Positions 27,159 to 36,636 of a stretch of DNA of 51,129 nt are shown one piece after another. The stretch comes from a virus. The position numbers were made by a program, and so were the translations under genes. Within the stretch, counting starts at the first letter, position 1. Each line of letters opens with the position of its first letter. The notes beneath the pieces were generated by a model that did no database searches, was not told the DNA's origin, and was given only the letters and a program-made list of their open reading frames with translations. Location of the stretch: IMG/VR virus record IMGVR_UViG_3300033412_000644, one strand, 5' to 3'.

Positions 27159-28784
27159 ATGAACGGTTTCCAAGACCCCAACGAACCTGCATCGACTCAG
27201 GTCATCTTCTCCAGCGAAGCTCGCAAGCAACTGTACGAAGGCCTGAAGGTCGCCGCCGAAGCTGTCGGCTGCACGCTCGGCCCGAAGGGCAAGACAGTCC
27301 TCATCCAACGCCCCGGCGAGTCGCCCCTCGTCACCAAGGACGGCGTCACTGTCAGCAAGGCAATTCGCCTGAAGAATCAGGTGCAACGCATGGGCGCCGA
27401 GTTGATCCGAGAGGCTGCGGCCCGGACCAATGAGGTGGCAGGTGACGGCACCACGACGGCCACCATTCTGACCCACGCGTTGGTCCAGGAGGGCATCAAG
27501 CTGTTGGAGGCCGGTTACTCCTCACAGCTGCTGTGCCGAGGCATCGACAAGGCGGTCCAGCACCTGCTCGACCAGTTGAAGCAGGACGCCAAGCAGCTGA
27601 CGACCGACGAAGAGGTCGCCCAGGTCGGCACCATCAGCGCCAATGGCGACGCAAACATCGGCGACCTCATCGCTCAGGCGATGAAGAAAGTAGGCCGTGA
27701 CGGCATCATCACCGTCGAAGACGCCAAGGGTATGGCAACGACCCTCGAGGTCGTCGAAGGCATGCAGTTCGACCGAGGCTACCTCAGCCCCTACTTCGTC
27801 ACCAACCCCGAGCGGATGTTGGCGTCGTACGGTGATGCTCTGGTCCTGGTCACCGACAAGAAGCTCAACAGCCTCCGCGACCTGATCCCGGTGTTGGAAC
27901 AGGTGGTGCAAGCACAGCGCCCGCTGCTCATCATTGCCGAGGACGTCGAAGGTGAGGCACTGCAAGGATTGGTGTTGAACCGTGTCAAGTCGAACCTACC
28001 GGTCGTCTGCATCAAGGCGCCGGGCTACGGTTCCCACCGCGATGAACTCCTCCGGGACATCTGCGTCCTGACGGGAGCCACGCTGGTGTCTAGCGCGACC
28101 GGCGCGGACCTGAAGAGCGCCGCTGGGTGCTTGGGCCAGTGCAAGAAGATCGTTGTCGACGCCAAGACGTCGACCTTGGTCGGCACCGGCGCTACCAAAG
28201 AGCAGGTCGAGAAGCACGTCGCTGACCTCCGAGCCCAGTTGGAGGACGTCACCCTCGGCCAGGAAGACATCGTCAAGCTGAAGACCCGCGTCGCCAAATT
28301 GGCGTCAGGCGTCGCCGTCGTCAAGGTCGGCGGTGCGACTGAGGTCGAGATGAACGAACGCAAGTACCGCATCGAGGACGCACTCAACGCGACTCGCGCC
28401 GCGGCCGACGAAGGCATCGTTCCCGGCGGCGGCATGGCTCTATTCAACGCGGTCCAGGGAGTCAAGGGCGAGCTGTGCAAGCCCGGCATGGACCGCGATG
28501 AAGTCGCCGGAGTTGAGGTGGTCGTCGACGCCTGTCTCGCGCCCCTCAAAAAGATCGTCGCCAACGCCGGCCAGAACTCAGGCGTCGTCATCGACAACCT
28601 ACACCGTCAATCCGGTGTCGGCTACAACGCGGCAACCGGCAAGTACGAAGACCTGATCGCAGCGGGCATCATTGACCCGGTCAAGGTGACGCGGTCGGCG
28701 CTGCAGCACGCAGCGTCGGTGGCCACCACCTTCCTGTCGCTCGATGCAGTCGTCTGTGACGAGGAGAAGAAGGACAATGGCTGA
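27159..28784 (+). CDS. groEL: chaperonin GroEL (Hsp60), no GGM tail, no adjacent GroES
   Basis: About 50% colinear identity to E. coli GroEL (AGDGTTTATIL, VEGMQFDRGYLSPYF, PLLIIAEDVEGEAL, AADEGIVPGGG). TAGAAT -10-like hexamer 8 nt upstream. Confidence 0.95.
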   Translation: MNGFQDPNEPASTQVIFSSEARKQLYEGLKVAAEAVGCTLGPKGKTVLIQRPGESPLVTKDGVTVSKAIRLKNQVQRMGAELIREAAARTNEVAGDGTTTATILTHALVQEGIKLLEAGYSSQLLCRGIDKAVQHLLDQLKQDAKQLTTDEEVAQVGTISANGDANIGDLIAQAMKKVGRDGIITVEDAKGMATTLEVVEGMQFDRGYLSPYFVTNPERMLASYGDALVLVTDKKLNSLRDLIPVLEQVVQAQRPLLIIAEDVEGEALQGLVLNRVKSNLPVVCIKAPGYGSHRDELLRDICVLTGATLVSSATGADLKSAAGCLGQCKKIVVDAKTSTLVGTGATKEQVEKHVADLRAQLEDVTLGQEDIVKLKTRVAKLASGVAVVKVGGATEVEMNERKYRIEDALNATRAAADEGIVPGGGMALFNAVQGVKGELCKPGMDRDEVAGVEVVVDACLAPLKKIVANAGQNSGVVIDNLHRQSGVGYNAATGKYEDLIAAGIIDPVKVTRSALQHAASVATTFLSLDAVVCDEEKKDNG

Positions 28785-29148
28785 AAAGGACATCGACGAT
28801 CGTTTGACTGAGCCCATGTCGGCCGTCGACTGGGAGAGGGTGTCGGCTGCGCAGATGGCGGCCTTCGGCCTCAACCTGTCGGTGCTGCGTGATGCAGACG
28901 TCGAACAGGAGAAGGTGCAGTCTGCCGCCTTCGCCCGAGTGGGCGCACTCATCAGCCTCGTCGTCGTCGGTGGAGTGACGATGCTGCTGGGGGCTCACCC
29001 GCTGGCAGTGCTGGCGGGTGTGGTGTTGTCGCAGGGCGCAGGCACCGCGTGGATGGTGTGGCGCGCGCGGCAGGCCAAGAAGGTCGCCGACGAGGCGGAG
29101 CAGTTGGTCGTCAAGGCATTGGGCGAACTGGCCGACTCACAAGGCTGA
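28777..29148 (+). CDS. small membrane protein
   Basis: Start overlaps the groEL end by 8 nt. Central TM helices. Confidence 0.4.
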   Translation: MAEKDIDDRLTEPMSAVDWERVSAAQMAAFGLNLSVLRDADVEQEKVQSAAFARVGALISLVVVGGVTMLLGAHPLAVLAGVVLSQGAGTAWMVWRARQAKKVADEAEQLVVKALGELADSQG

Positions 29149-29151
29149 ACC

Positions 29152-29430
29152 GTGGGCGCCAATGCCGAGGCCAAACCCGGCGATTTCGGCGTCATTCACT
29201 CCGGCAACACGCCGCTGTACTGGGACAACCCTGAGGTCGCGGGTCACTTCCTCAACAGTCGCATCGACGATCCCCGCTACGTCATCGCACGCCTTGAAGC
29301 CGGCACCCACGTCCTGATCCTCGGCAAGGTCGAGGCAGGTTCTTCGGGGAAAGGACACGTCTTCGTCGTCATGGCCGGCGATAAGGTGGGTTGGCTGTGG
29401 AACTACGACCTGATGGTGTGGGACAGCTAG
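29152..29430 (+). CDS. hypothetical protein (GTG start)
   Basis: 92 aa. Confidence 0.35.
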   Translation: MGANAEAKPGDFGVIHSGNTPLYWDNPEVAGHFLNSRIDDPRYVIARLEAGTHVLILGKVEAGSSGKGHVFVVMAGDKVGWLWNYDLMVWDS

Positions 29431-29439
29431 TTATGAACT

Positions 29440-29673
29440 GTGGCCGACATCTGCCCAGGCGAGCTAGTCGTCAGAAAGATCAGGTGGCACCAAGACTCCA
29501 CCTTGATCGGGGTCGTCATCGGTCACGACGACGCAGTGATGCGGAGCTGGCTGGTGATGTGGACGCGGGAGAACCAGGTCGTCGACTTCAAGTGGCACCT
29601 GACCGAGGCACTGCTGATCGTCGAAGCCGAAAACATCAACGAACTGAGGCAGCGATGTCGCCTCGCTACCTGA
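29440..29673 (+). CDS. hypothetical protein
   Basis: 77 aa. Confidence 0.35.
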   Translation: MADICPGELVVRKIRWHQDSTLIGVVIGHDDAVMRSWLVMWTRENQVVDFKWHLTEALLIVEAENINELRQRCRLAT

Positions 29674-29850
29674 CCGGTGACATGGTCCAGCGAGAACCGC
29701 TGCAGGCCGGCACCTTCAGGCCCGGCATCGTCGTCGCCGTCAACCGCTCGAACTCCAGCCACATGCCGCCGGAGATCTACCCGTTCGTCTACTACGTCTT
29801 CACGCCGGGAGTCGGCGTCACCGGTCCGCACTTCCACAGTGAGCTCGCCC

Positions 29851-30126
29851 GTGTTTAAGCCAGGCGACCTCGTCTACATCAAGGAAGGCGCGCTGATCAA
29901 GCGCTGCGGCACCGAGGAAGAAGGCTGGGCCGAGTACACGATGCGAGGCACCCTGATCAGCATGGGAGGCTATCGCCTGATCGAAGACGAATGGGGCACC
30001 GCCAAGCAAGTCGTCGTCCTCGTCGACGGCGTCATGTACGCGACGGTGGAGACGCAGCTGCTCACGCCCGACCAGTACACCGACCCGTCCCGGCTCTTCC
30101 CCCGGAGCCCTCGATTGGCGGAATGA
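29851..30126 (+). CDS. hypothetical protein (GTG start inside longer ORF 29677..30126)
   Basis: The distal 91 aa have normal composition. The proximal part of the long ORF is low-complexity read-through of other frames. This is the last plus-strand gene before the strand switch. Confidence 0.3.
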   Translation: MFKPGDLVYIKEGALIKRCGTEEEGWAEYTMRGTLISMGGYRLIEDEWGTAKQVVVLVDGVMYATVETQLLTPDQYTDPSRLFPRSPRLAE

Positions 30127-30155
30127 CGGCCCACCAGCCGACCCACGAATAACTT

Positions 30156-30413
30156 TCAGGTCCCGGACGGGGTTGCCTTGGCCTCCGACACGACCTCCCA
30201 ATTGAGGGCCACGGTGTGCTTGGCGTTCGAGAACAACATGATGGCATCGTTGGCCATGACTCGGATGCGAACCTGCTCGCCCACCATCCACGTCTGCAGC
30301 ACCAGCGCCTGGGCACCGGGCTCGATGACGGGCCCATCGTAGCCGCGTTCCTGGTCGTTACTCCAGGCACGCATTGACTTCAAGGCGCGGATGAGGGTGC
30401 CGCTGGTGAACAC
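30156..30413 (-). CDS. hypothetical protein
   Basis: 85 aa. Confidence 0.35.
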   Translation of the reverse strand: MFTSGTLIRALKSMRAWSNDQERGYDGPVIEPGAQALVLQTWMVGEQVRIRVMANDAIMLFSNAKHTVALNWEVVSEAKATPSGT

Positions 30414-30615
30414 GTCAAGACCTTATACCATCGTTGGTAGAAGTACGACGACTCGGTTTCAATACGTCCCAGTTGAAAGTGCGTCAGCGTCGTGATGTTG
30501 AGCTGCTCCCAGCCAATGGGCAAACACTGGACATCGACGTGAATGACGATGTGGTACGCCTTGTTCGTCTTGTCGAGCAGCAGGGTGCCGGGCGCCAGCT
30601 CTCGCTTCCAGTCGG

Positions 30616-30834
30616 TCACACCATTCTCCACGTCACTTGAAAGTTCTCAACGTGGACCGTCGATTCAACGATGCCAATGGGCGTCAGCAGGGACACCCGA
30701 TAGGCATCCCTGCCGATGAGGCCCTTCACTTCGCTGAACGTAATGACGAGGCCGAACACCGACTCGCCGATGACGAGCATGGTGCCCGGCAGCGGCTTCA
30801 CTTCAGCTTGAACGATTCGGCGATGGGTTCGCAC
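30616..30834 (-). CDS. hypothetical protein
   Basis: 72 aa. Confidence 0.3.
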   Translation of the reverse strand: MRTHRRIVQAEVKPLPGTMLVIGESVFGLVITFSEVKGLIGRDAYRVSLLTPIGIVESTVHVENFQVTWRMV

Positions 30835-31367
30835 ACTGCAGCGATCTGTTCTGCCTTGCGGGCATCGCCACCGCAGCGGAGGATGTAGCCGCGACCCTTG
30901 TGACCCACCGCGTACTGCGCGATGAAGATACCCGTCGGCGTCAGGAACGCCATGGCACTGCCGGGCTTGCCACCGATCGTCCGGGGCTCAGCTGCCAACA
31001 CCTTGAACTTGCCTGACGTCAGCGTCGCCAGCACGACTCCACCGCCGAAGTCACCTTCATCCGATGGCTTGTCGAGGGCGAGGCTGCCGATTGAAGTGAC
31101 GACCGGCATGCGACCGACCGTCTTGGGGCTGTGAATGAAAAGCTCAGTCTTCGCTTCCGACGTGCCGTCTTCCTGGCTGCCGTCTCGGACCCACGCGGCG
31201 GGCACCGTCAAAGACCACGCTTCGCCTTCGACGGCTTGAATCGCCGGAGCGGGCGGCGGAGCGGGCGTGACTTCGACAGGCGTCTGAGGCGTCGGCGGCG
31301 GCGCGCTGCCAAACGTACCGGCGCAGCCCGCCAATGATGCGGCGAGCAACAGGGTGATGAACTTCAT
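30798..31367 (-). CDS. lipoprotein
   Basis: MKFITLLLAASLAGC lipobox signal peptide, followed by a Pro-rich segment. Confidence 0.5.
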   Translation of the reverse strand: MKFITLLLAASLAGCAGTFGSAPPPTPQTPVEVTPAPPPAPAIQAVEGEAWSLTVPAAWVRDGSQEDGTSEAKTELFIHSPKTVGRMPVVTSIGSLALDKPSDEGDFGGGVVLATLTSGKFKVLAAEPRTIGGKPGSAMAFLTPTGIFIAQYAVGHKGRGYILRCGGDARKAEQIAAVCEPIAESFKLK

Positions 31368-31391
31368 TGGATAGAGACCTCCTGACCAACC

Positions 31392-31670
31392 CTAATCCGT
31401 CGAGCGGACGATGGTCCACAAGTCTTCATAGCCGTACCAATCCAACGTGATCTCGGTGATGAATGTGGCACGCATCGAAGTCATCAGGCCACACATGTGT
31501 TGGCCCAACGTCGGATAGCCGCGCTCACGATTGTCAATGACAATCTGGTCAGTTGCCGCAGTGACGAGCAGGCGATCACCGCTGACGTGGAAGATGACGT
31601 AGTCACCTGGTCTGACAGGCAGTCGCTTGACCGCCATCGCTTCTACACACCGCTGTTGCCACGCCTGCAC
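31392..31670 (-). CDS. hypothetical protein
   Basis: 92 aa. Confidence 0.35.
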   Translation of the reverse strand: MQAWQQRCVEAMAVKRLPVRPGDYVIFHVSGDRLLVTAATDQIVIDNRERGYPTLGQHMCGLMTSMRATFITEITLDWYGYEDLWTIVRSTD

Positions 31671-31672
31671 CC

Positions 31673-31954
31673 CTATGAAATATCGGTGCTGTCATCCTTC
31701 TCGTTGACGTGGGCGCTGACGGTGTAACCACACTCTGGACAGGTGAACGTCGTCCAGAAGTCGTTAGGTCCGTGGCGAGACGCCTCCGGATGCACTGCGT
31801 TACACTTGCCGCAGATTCCGTGCCGGAGGTCATCAATCAACTTGATGACGGGATTGTCGATCTCGTGCTTCGGGTTCGAACCGGGCAGCAAATAGACGAC
31901 GACAAGCGCGAGGCCGATCAGGCCCAACAGCCAGATCTCAAGTGGTGGGTCCAT
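31673..31954 (-). CDS. membrane-anchored zinc-ribbon protein
   Basis: N-terminal TM helix, then CGKC...CPEC. Confidence 0.4.
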   Translation of the reverse strand: MDPPLEIWLLGLIGLALVVVYLLPGSNPKHEIDNPVIKLIDDLRHGICGKCNAVHPEASRHGPNDFWTTFTCPECGYTVSAHVNEKDDSTDIS

Positions 31955-31956
31955 GC

Positions 31957-32310
31957 TCAGAGGGTGATTGAGTGACCGCTCTCTGGAAAACCCTGGTAAG
32001 GCGGTAGCACGTCGCGGGACGGAGGCTCGGGTGCGGGCTCCTCATCTTGCGGCGTGAACTGAATGATGATCGGCGGCGAGCAATGGCAGATGATGTGGTA
32101 TCCGCTCTGCTTGTCACCCACCAGTTCGAGGTAGGTACCGCGTTGACACCAGGCGCCATCTTCGTACCTCTCGACGTGATCCTGACAGCTTTCGGCCTTG
32201 ATTGGCGAACCTGCCGGCACACGGATACTAGCTATGGCGCTCACGAACAGACCCACCGAGACGGACACGATGAGTCCGGCCTGGAGCGGGTTGAGGCGTC
32301 GAAACCACAC
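31957..32310 (-). CDS. membrane protein
   Basis: N-terminal TM helix. 117 aa. Confidence 0.35.
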   Translation of the reverse strand: MWFRRLNPLQAGLIVSVSVGLFVSAIASIRVPAGSPIKAESCQDHVERYEDGAWCQRGTYLELVGDKQSGYHIICHCSPPIIIQFTPQDEEPAPEPPSRDVLPPYQGFPESGHSITL

Positions 32311-32313
32311 GAC

Positions 32314-32559
32314 CTATTCTTGGTCCGCGACGAGCACAGAGTTCACTTCCAACCACCAAGCCGCAATGCGGTGCAACTTGCCGTCGGCGAGCAACAGCGC
32401 GATGTGACCTTTGGCCTCACCTTCGTCGACCATCCCCACCACCGTCACTCGTTCGCCGGTGCCCAGGATGATCTCTTGTCCCGAAGAAACGTGACCGATG
32501 GTGTAGGGCCGAGTCAGGCGCAGCAGCTGTCCAGGTTTGACCTGGTCACGTTCGACCAT
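32314..32559 (-). CDS. hypothetical protein
   Basis: 81 aa. Confidence 0.35.
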   Translation of the reverse strand: MVERDQVKPGQLLRLTRPYTIGHVSSGQEIILGTGERVTVVGMVDEGEAKGHIALLLADGKLHRIAAWWLEVNSVLVADQE

Positions 32560-32604
32560 GAGGCAAAGTATACAGCTACGACCCGATGGAATACAAGCTG
32601 AGCG

Positions 32605-32961
32605 ATGGAGTTCGATCTAGAGGGAGCTGAGGGCATCACTGTCGAGGGCGACGTTGAGATGGAACTGCCCGACTACGTGGTGATGCTGCCTCGCGAGGAG
32701 CTCGAAGAGGCCAAGCGGGCCGCACAGAGAAATCAGATGGTGTTGGCCGTTGGTCGCCACCCAGCATCGGGAGACATTGTCCTGTTGACCGGTGGGGGCA
32801 CGCTGATGGAGCTGTCGAAAGGCCACGACGGCATCCCCGACGGACCGGTGATGCCCATCGACTTTGGCCACACGGTCGCGATCGACACTGGCAAGGGATA
32901 CTACGAGATGGCGGCGGACTGGGTCATCCACAACGCCAGGACCATCATCAAGCCCACCTGA
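32605..32961 (+). CDS. hypothetical protein
   Basis: 118 aa. Confidence 0.4.
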   Translation: MEFDLEGAEGITVEGDVEMELPDYVVMLPREELEEAKRAAQRNQMVLAVGRHPASGDIVLLTGGGTLMELSKGHDGIPDGPVMPIDFGHTVAIDTGKGYYEMAADWVIHNARTIIKPT

Positions 32962-32976
32962 TGCCTACTTACTCAT

Positions 32977-33231
32977 GTGAAGATCACGTTGGGAGAGCTG
33001 CGCCGATTCATTCGAGAGGAAGTCGAGCGTAACAATCGATGGTCAGCAGGTTTCTTTGGTGGTGGCGGACTGGACCGCGCCCAGAGCGACAATAGGCTGC
33101 CACCTCCGGGCTTGGGTTCGGACGACGACGAAGACGACACACAACATGGCAAAGAACAAGAAAAGTCACAACCAGCAGTTCGAGTCGACGATCGAGCGAG
33201 AGGATCGTCTGGAACTTCAGGGCTTCGTTGA
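32977..33231 (+). CDS. small protein carrying the shared N-terminal motif (member 3: VKITLGELRRFIREE; GTG start)
   Basis: Motif shared with 2938, 10099 and 37937. The 3' part overlaps infA in another frame. Confidence 0.4.
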   Translation: MKITLGELRRFIREEVERNNRWSAGFFGGGGLDRAQSDNRLPPPGLGSDDDEDDTQHGKEQEKSQPAVRVDDRARGSSGTSGLR

Positions 33232-33409
33232 TGAGGCGTTGCCCGGCACCCTGTTCAAGGTCAAGTGCGACAACGGTCTGCTCGTCCTGTGCACCTTGGC
33301 GGGCAAGCTGCGCATGAACAGGATTCGCATCCTCCCCGGCGACGCAGTGACGATTGAGGTGTCGCCTTACGACACCAGCAAAGGCAGGATCACGTGGCGC
33401 GGAAGGTGA
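33146..33409 (+). CDS. infA: translation initiation factor IF-1 (bacterial type) with ~17-aa N-terminal extension
   Basis: LQGFVDEALPGTLFKV...GKLRMNRIRILPGDAVTIEVSPYDTSKGRITWR matches E. coli IF-1 MQGTVLETLPNTMFRV...[33 protein letters not shown]. Confidence 0.85.
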   Translation: MAKNKKSHNQQFESTIEREDRLELQGFVDEALPGTLFKVKCDNGLLVLCTLAGKLRMNRIRILPGDAVTIEVSPYDTSKGRITWRGR

Positions 33410-33420
33410 AAGAGAAGTTC

Positions 33421-33627
33421 ATGCCGCGAGGCATCAAGGCGTGTCCACACTGCGGCAGCGACAAGAAGCTAGTGCGCGTCGATCAGTACGACGCCATCGC
33501 TTGTCGCAATTGCCTGCGCTGGCTTGAAAGTGGCTGCAGCCAGAAAAACTGCGACTTCTGCAGCAAGCGTCCGCCGACGCCCAATGGTGTCGATTGGGAC
33601 GATCCCAACAACACTGTCTACGGCTAG
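33421..33627 (+). CDS. zinc-ribbon protein
   Basis: CPHCGS...CRNC...C...CDFC. Confidence 0.4.
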   Translation: MPRGIKACPHCGSDKKLVRVDQYDAIACRNCLRWLESGCSQKNCDFCSKRPPTPNGVDWDDPNNTVYG

Positions 33628-33812
33628 AGGCCGAGCAGCGGCTTCCACACCTTGGGCCAATCGTTGGCCACGACAACGTAGCCGCTGATCAGCGCCATCG
33701 CGCCGAGGCAGACTGCGCCGCCGAGGTGAGGCATCAGCGCGAACATGACACAGCCGACGGCTGAGCCCAGAGTCATCAGCAACGAGAAGGTTGCACCGAG
33801 GTACTTTGCCAT
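33624..33812 (-). CDS. small membrane protein
   Basis: Two TM helices. Start chosen so it abuts the upstream gene. Confidence 0.35.
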   Translation of the reverse strand: MAKYLGATFSLLMTLGSAVGCVMFALMPHLGGAVCLGAMALISGYVVVANDWPKVWKPLLGL

Positions 33813-33813
33813 G

Positions 33814-34023
33814 TCAGTAACTATCGTTCCCGTACGGGTCGCGTAGTCGGTCCTGATCATCGAGTTCGCTGGCGACGAACCAGATCGTGGTAGCACCCAT
33901 CAAAGCAACGACGATGACACCGGCCATGTCACCCTTCGCCCACTCGAGCCAACAGACCATGCCAGTGCCCACGGCGACCAGGCCGAGGATGACGTACCAG
34001 ACAATCACAGCGCGTCGAGACAT
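33814..34023 (-). CDS. small membrane protein
   Basis: Two TM helices. The long ORF 33814..34359 is trimmed because it is antisense to the 34051 gene. Confidence 0.35.
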   Translation of the reverse strand: MSRRAVIVWYVILGLVAVGTGMVCWLEWAKGDMAGVIVVALMGATTIWFVASELDDQDRLRDPYGNDSY

Positions 34024-34050
34024 GGTCAAATCGTCTCTGGTTTGCAGTGA

Positions 34051-34815
34051 GTGTTCAACATACTTAGCGACATGGCGACGACGATTGCAGTCATCAACAA
34101 ATCGACTCTGGTCTCTGATGAGGACGCGAGACTGATGACTCTCGCGATCGACTATCAGTTGGTCAAGCACATTGCTCCGCTGTCTAACCGCGGCGTGTGG
34201 CATGCCAAGTTCTACACGAAGGACGCAGTGGTTCCGGCAGGTCAGCTGCCCCTGGTCATCTTCGACAACCCCGACCAGGCCAACGCATTGGGCTATCACT
34301 CCGAGGATCCCAACGGCAAGCCCTTCGGTCGCGTCTTTGCCAAGCCTGTTCTTGAGCACGGCGGCTCGGCGATGACGGGAACCTTGTCGGTGTCAGCGGT
34401 GTTGTCCCACGAGGCGTGTGAGATGTTCTGCGACAAGAGCTGCAACATGTGGATCGACCGCATGGACGGCACGCTGGTTGCGCTGGAGGTCTGTGACCCA
34501 GTCGAGAACGACGCCTATGACGTTCCAGTCGTCAATGCCACGGGCCAGACGATCCAGGTCAGCGTCAGCAACTTCGTCCTCTACCAATGGTTCGATGCCT
34601 TCGCACCCGCGGGCACCCGCTTCGACTACATGAAGAAGGTGACGGCGCCGCTGACAATGAGCGAAGGCGGTTACCTCATCGTCCTTGACCTGTCAACGGG
34701 TCAGGTGAACGAGGTGTTCGGCAGCAAGGAAGCTGAGAAGCTGCACCGGCAGAAGAAGCCTCACCACCCGGCCGCGCGGACGACGCGCCGCCACGGCCAT
34801 CACGGCAAACACTGA
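34051..34815 (+). CDS. hypothetical protein
   Basis: 254 aa with normal composition and a His-rich tail. Confidence 0.45.
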   Translation: MFNILSDMATTIAVINKSTLVSDEDARLMTLAIDYQLVKHIAPLSNRGVWHAKFYTKDAVVPAGQLPLVIFDNPDQANALGYHSEDPNGKPFGRVFAKPVLEHGGSAMTGTLSVSAVLSHEACEMFCDKSCNMWIDRMDGTLVALEVCDPVENDAYDVPVVNATGQTIQVSVSNFVLYQWFDAFAPAGTRFDYMKKVTAPLTMSEGGYLIVLDLSTGQVNEVFGSKEAEKLHRQKKPHHPAARTTRRHGHHGKH

Positions 34816-34816
34816 A

Positions 34817-35032
34817 TCAGATCTTGACGAGCTGATCGGGATGGTAGGCGTAGCGTAGGCTACCCGGCTGCCACCTGACGTCTACCTCAGGTCCCTGCGA
34901 AGATCCGTAGTCAACGGGTCCCTCGACGATGCCGATGCAATTGCCGAACTCGCGGACGTGGTCGTCACATCCGTTGGAGCGCAGTGCCGCCTTGAGGTCT
35001 TCAGACATCTTGACTCGCGTGCCTTTTTTCAT
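34817..35032 (-). CDS. small SH3-like hypothetical protein
   Basis: 71 aa. Confidence 0.35.
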   Translation of the reverse strand: MKKGTRVKMSEDLKAALRSNGCDDHVREFGNCIGIVEGPVDYGSSQGPEVDVRWQPGSLRYAYHPDQLVKI

Positions 35033-35844
35033 CAGTACGTCCCCACATCCCCATCAATGAGGTGCAGCTTGCGGTTGCGGTTGCCGTGGTGATCACGCCC
35101 GCTTGGGTCGTCCTGGTTGGGACACTTCAGCCTGACGATCTCCCACTCCGGTAGCACTAGCGCCCACAGCTCGAGGCCGAAACAGCCGCCGCCGTCGAGG
35201 CCAATCGCCTTTTCGGTGACCAGCGGCTTGTTGAGGACGCTGTGACCGAAGATGATGCGTTCCGGGCCGTCCCAAAAGTGGTGCCAGAACTTCCAACCTT
35301 CTTCACCTTCTGGAATCTTGGACGCCCACAGCGATTTCTCGGAGTCCTTGCCGTGGTTGAAGTTGCCCCAGAAGTCATAGGGTCGAATCATCTGGATGTG
35401 GAGCAGGTGCCTGTCCGTCTGCTTCTCGATGGGACGCCCGGGCCAGACGCCGGCGTGAACGCAGACGGCGTTGTACTCAGGTAGGCGGATGTACTTGGGC
35501 AGGCGCCGGAAGTAGTCGTAGTGGCGCCGCTTCAGCTGTTGACGCGTGGCGACGTGGTTGGGCACTTGGACCTGCACCGCACCCTTGCGCTGCTCGATGT
35601 CATCGTAGAAGAGGTGCTTTTCCTCGTGATTGCCGAGGATGCACGCCTCTGAGCCTTGCACCTGCTCGCGGTGCATCGCCAACTCAACGCACTCCTTACT
35701 GTCAGGACCCCTGTCGACCAAGTCACCCAGGAAGATGACGCGGTCCTCGGCCCGAACGTTGCACTTCTTCAGCAACGCCAGCGTTTCGTCGTAGCAACCG
35801 TGCAGGTCGCCAATGATGATAGTGCGGTCAGCCATGCACCTCAA
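35032..35844 (-). CDS. Ser/Thr protein phosphatase (PPP / lambda-phosphatase-like metallophosphoesterase)
   Basis: GDLHGCY, GDLVDRG and GNHE motifs in the canonical order. Confidence 0.85.
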   Translation of the reverse strand: MRCMADRTIIIGDLHGCYDETLALLKKCNVRAEDRVIFLGDLVDRGPDSKECVELAMHREQVQGSEACILGNHEEKHLFYDDIEQRKGAVQVQVPNHVATRQQLKRRHYDYFRRLPKYIRLPEYNAVCVHAGVWPGRPIEKQTDRHLLHIQMIRPYDFWGNFNHGKDSEKSLWASKIPEGEEGWKFWHHFWDGPERIIFGHSVLNKPLVTEKAIGLDGGGCFGLELWALVLPEWEIVRLKCPNQDDPSGRDHHGNRNRKLHLIDGDVGTY

Positions 35845-36079
35845 TCCTATCCTCTTCCCGCCAGGCGTTCACCCAGTGGACGACACGCCCGTCGGCGACG
35901 ACAAGCGCATCAAACTTCTTGCCACGAGTCCCGTAGCCCGTCTCCTTGATGGCAACGACCAACGCATAGGTGTAGGTGGGCCAAACGTTGCAGCCTTCGT
36001 CATCGACATCTGTCGGCGTCGCACCGACCAAACGAGCCTGCACGTTCCTCAGCCGGAGCATTGTGCCCGGCACCCACAT
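35828..36079 (-). CDS. hypothetical protein
   Basis: 83 aa. Confidence 0.3.
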   Translation of the reverse strand: MWVPGTMLRLRNVQARLVGATPTDVDDEGCNVWPTYTYALVVAIKETGYGTRGKKFDALVVADGRVVHWVNAWREEDRIEVHG

Positions 36080-36330
36080 CAGTTGATGTCACGAACGCTA
36101 CGAACGGGTGCGAAGTCATTGTCGTAGCGCGCGCCCAATTCAGCGATGGCTTCCTTGTCGACGTAGATGACTTTGATTTCTTGGGGTTCGACCGGAGGCT
36201 GGTTCTTGATGTCAATGATGACGGCTTCGTGAGTGTTCTCAAGCGACCGCAGCAGGCACTGCATCGCCAGGCGCTCAAAGCCGAGTGACCACAACACGCC
36301 GTACAGCGCTCGGAACAGCGACTTCAACAT
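36079..36330 (-). CDS. hypothetical protein
   Basis: Trimmed to an internal ATG. Diverges from the 36373 gene. Confidence 0.3.
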   Translation of the reverse strand: MLKSLFRALYGVLWSLGFERLAMQCLLRSLENTHEAVIIDIKNQPPVEPQEIKVIYVDKEAIAELGARYDNDFAPVRSVRDIN

Positions 36331-36372
36331 GCCTCCATTGAACTCCACGACAACGAGACGTACAATCAGGGC

Positions 36373-36636
36373 ATGGCTAAGCGGCTTCCTAGCGACGTTC
36401 GCCAGTTCCTGCTGGACAATCCAGACGAGGTGCAGCACGTCCGCTATCGGATGGCCGATGCCGAGGAACGTCGAACTCGACCTGCACGCATCGAAGCCGA
36501 GAAGGCTCGCCGAGCTGCGCTCCCGCTCGAACCGTGCCGGGGCAACGGCTATGGCTGCGGCCGCATGACACCGGGCGGGTATGAGTGCGACTCATGCGTG
36601 CAGGAGTTCAAGGATGATCCAGATGCATTCAAGTGA
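36373..36636 (+). CDS. zinc-ribbon protein
   Basis: CRGNGYGCG...YECDSC. Confidence 0.35.
   Translation: MAKRLPSDVRQFLLDNPDEVQHVRYRMADAEERRTRPARIEAEKARRAALPLEPCRGNGYGCGRMTPGGYECDSCVQEFKDDPDAFK

Noticed and set aside
29391-29858. 155-aa ORF and the N-terminal part of ORF 29677..30126
   Set aside because: Arg/Ser/Pro-rich low-complexity translations overlapping better ORFs in other frames. Only the short distal segments look like real coding sequence.
33814-34359. 181-aa minus-strand ORF
   Set aside because: Its 5' two-thirds is antisense to the better-supported plus-strand gene 34051..34815. Only the distal 69-aa two-TM part (33814..34023) was retained.
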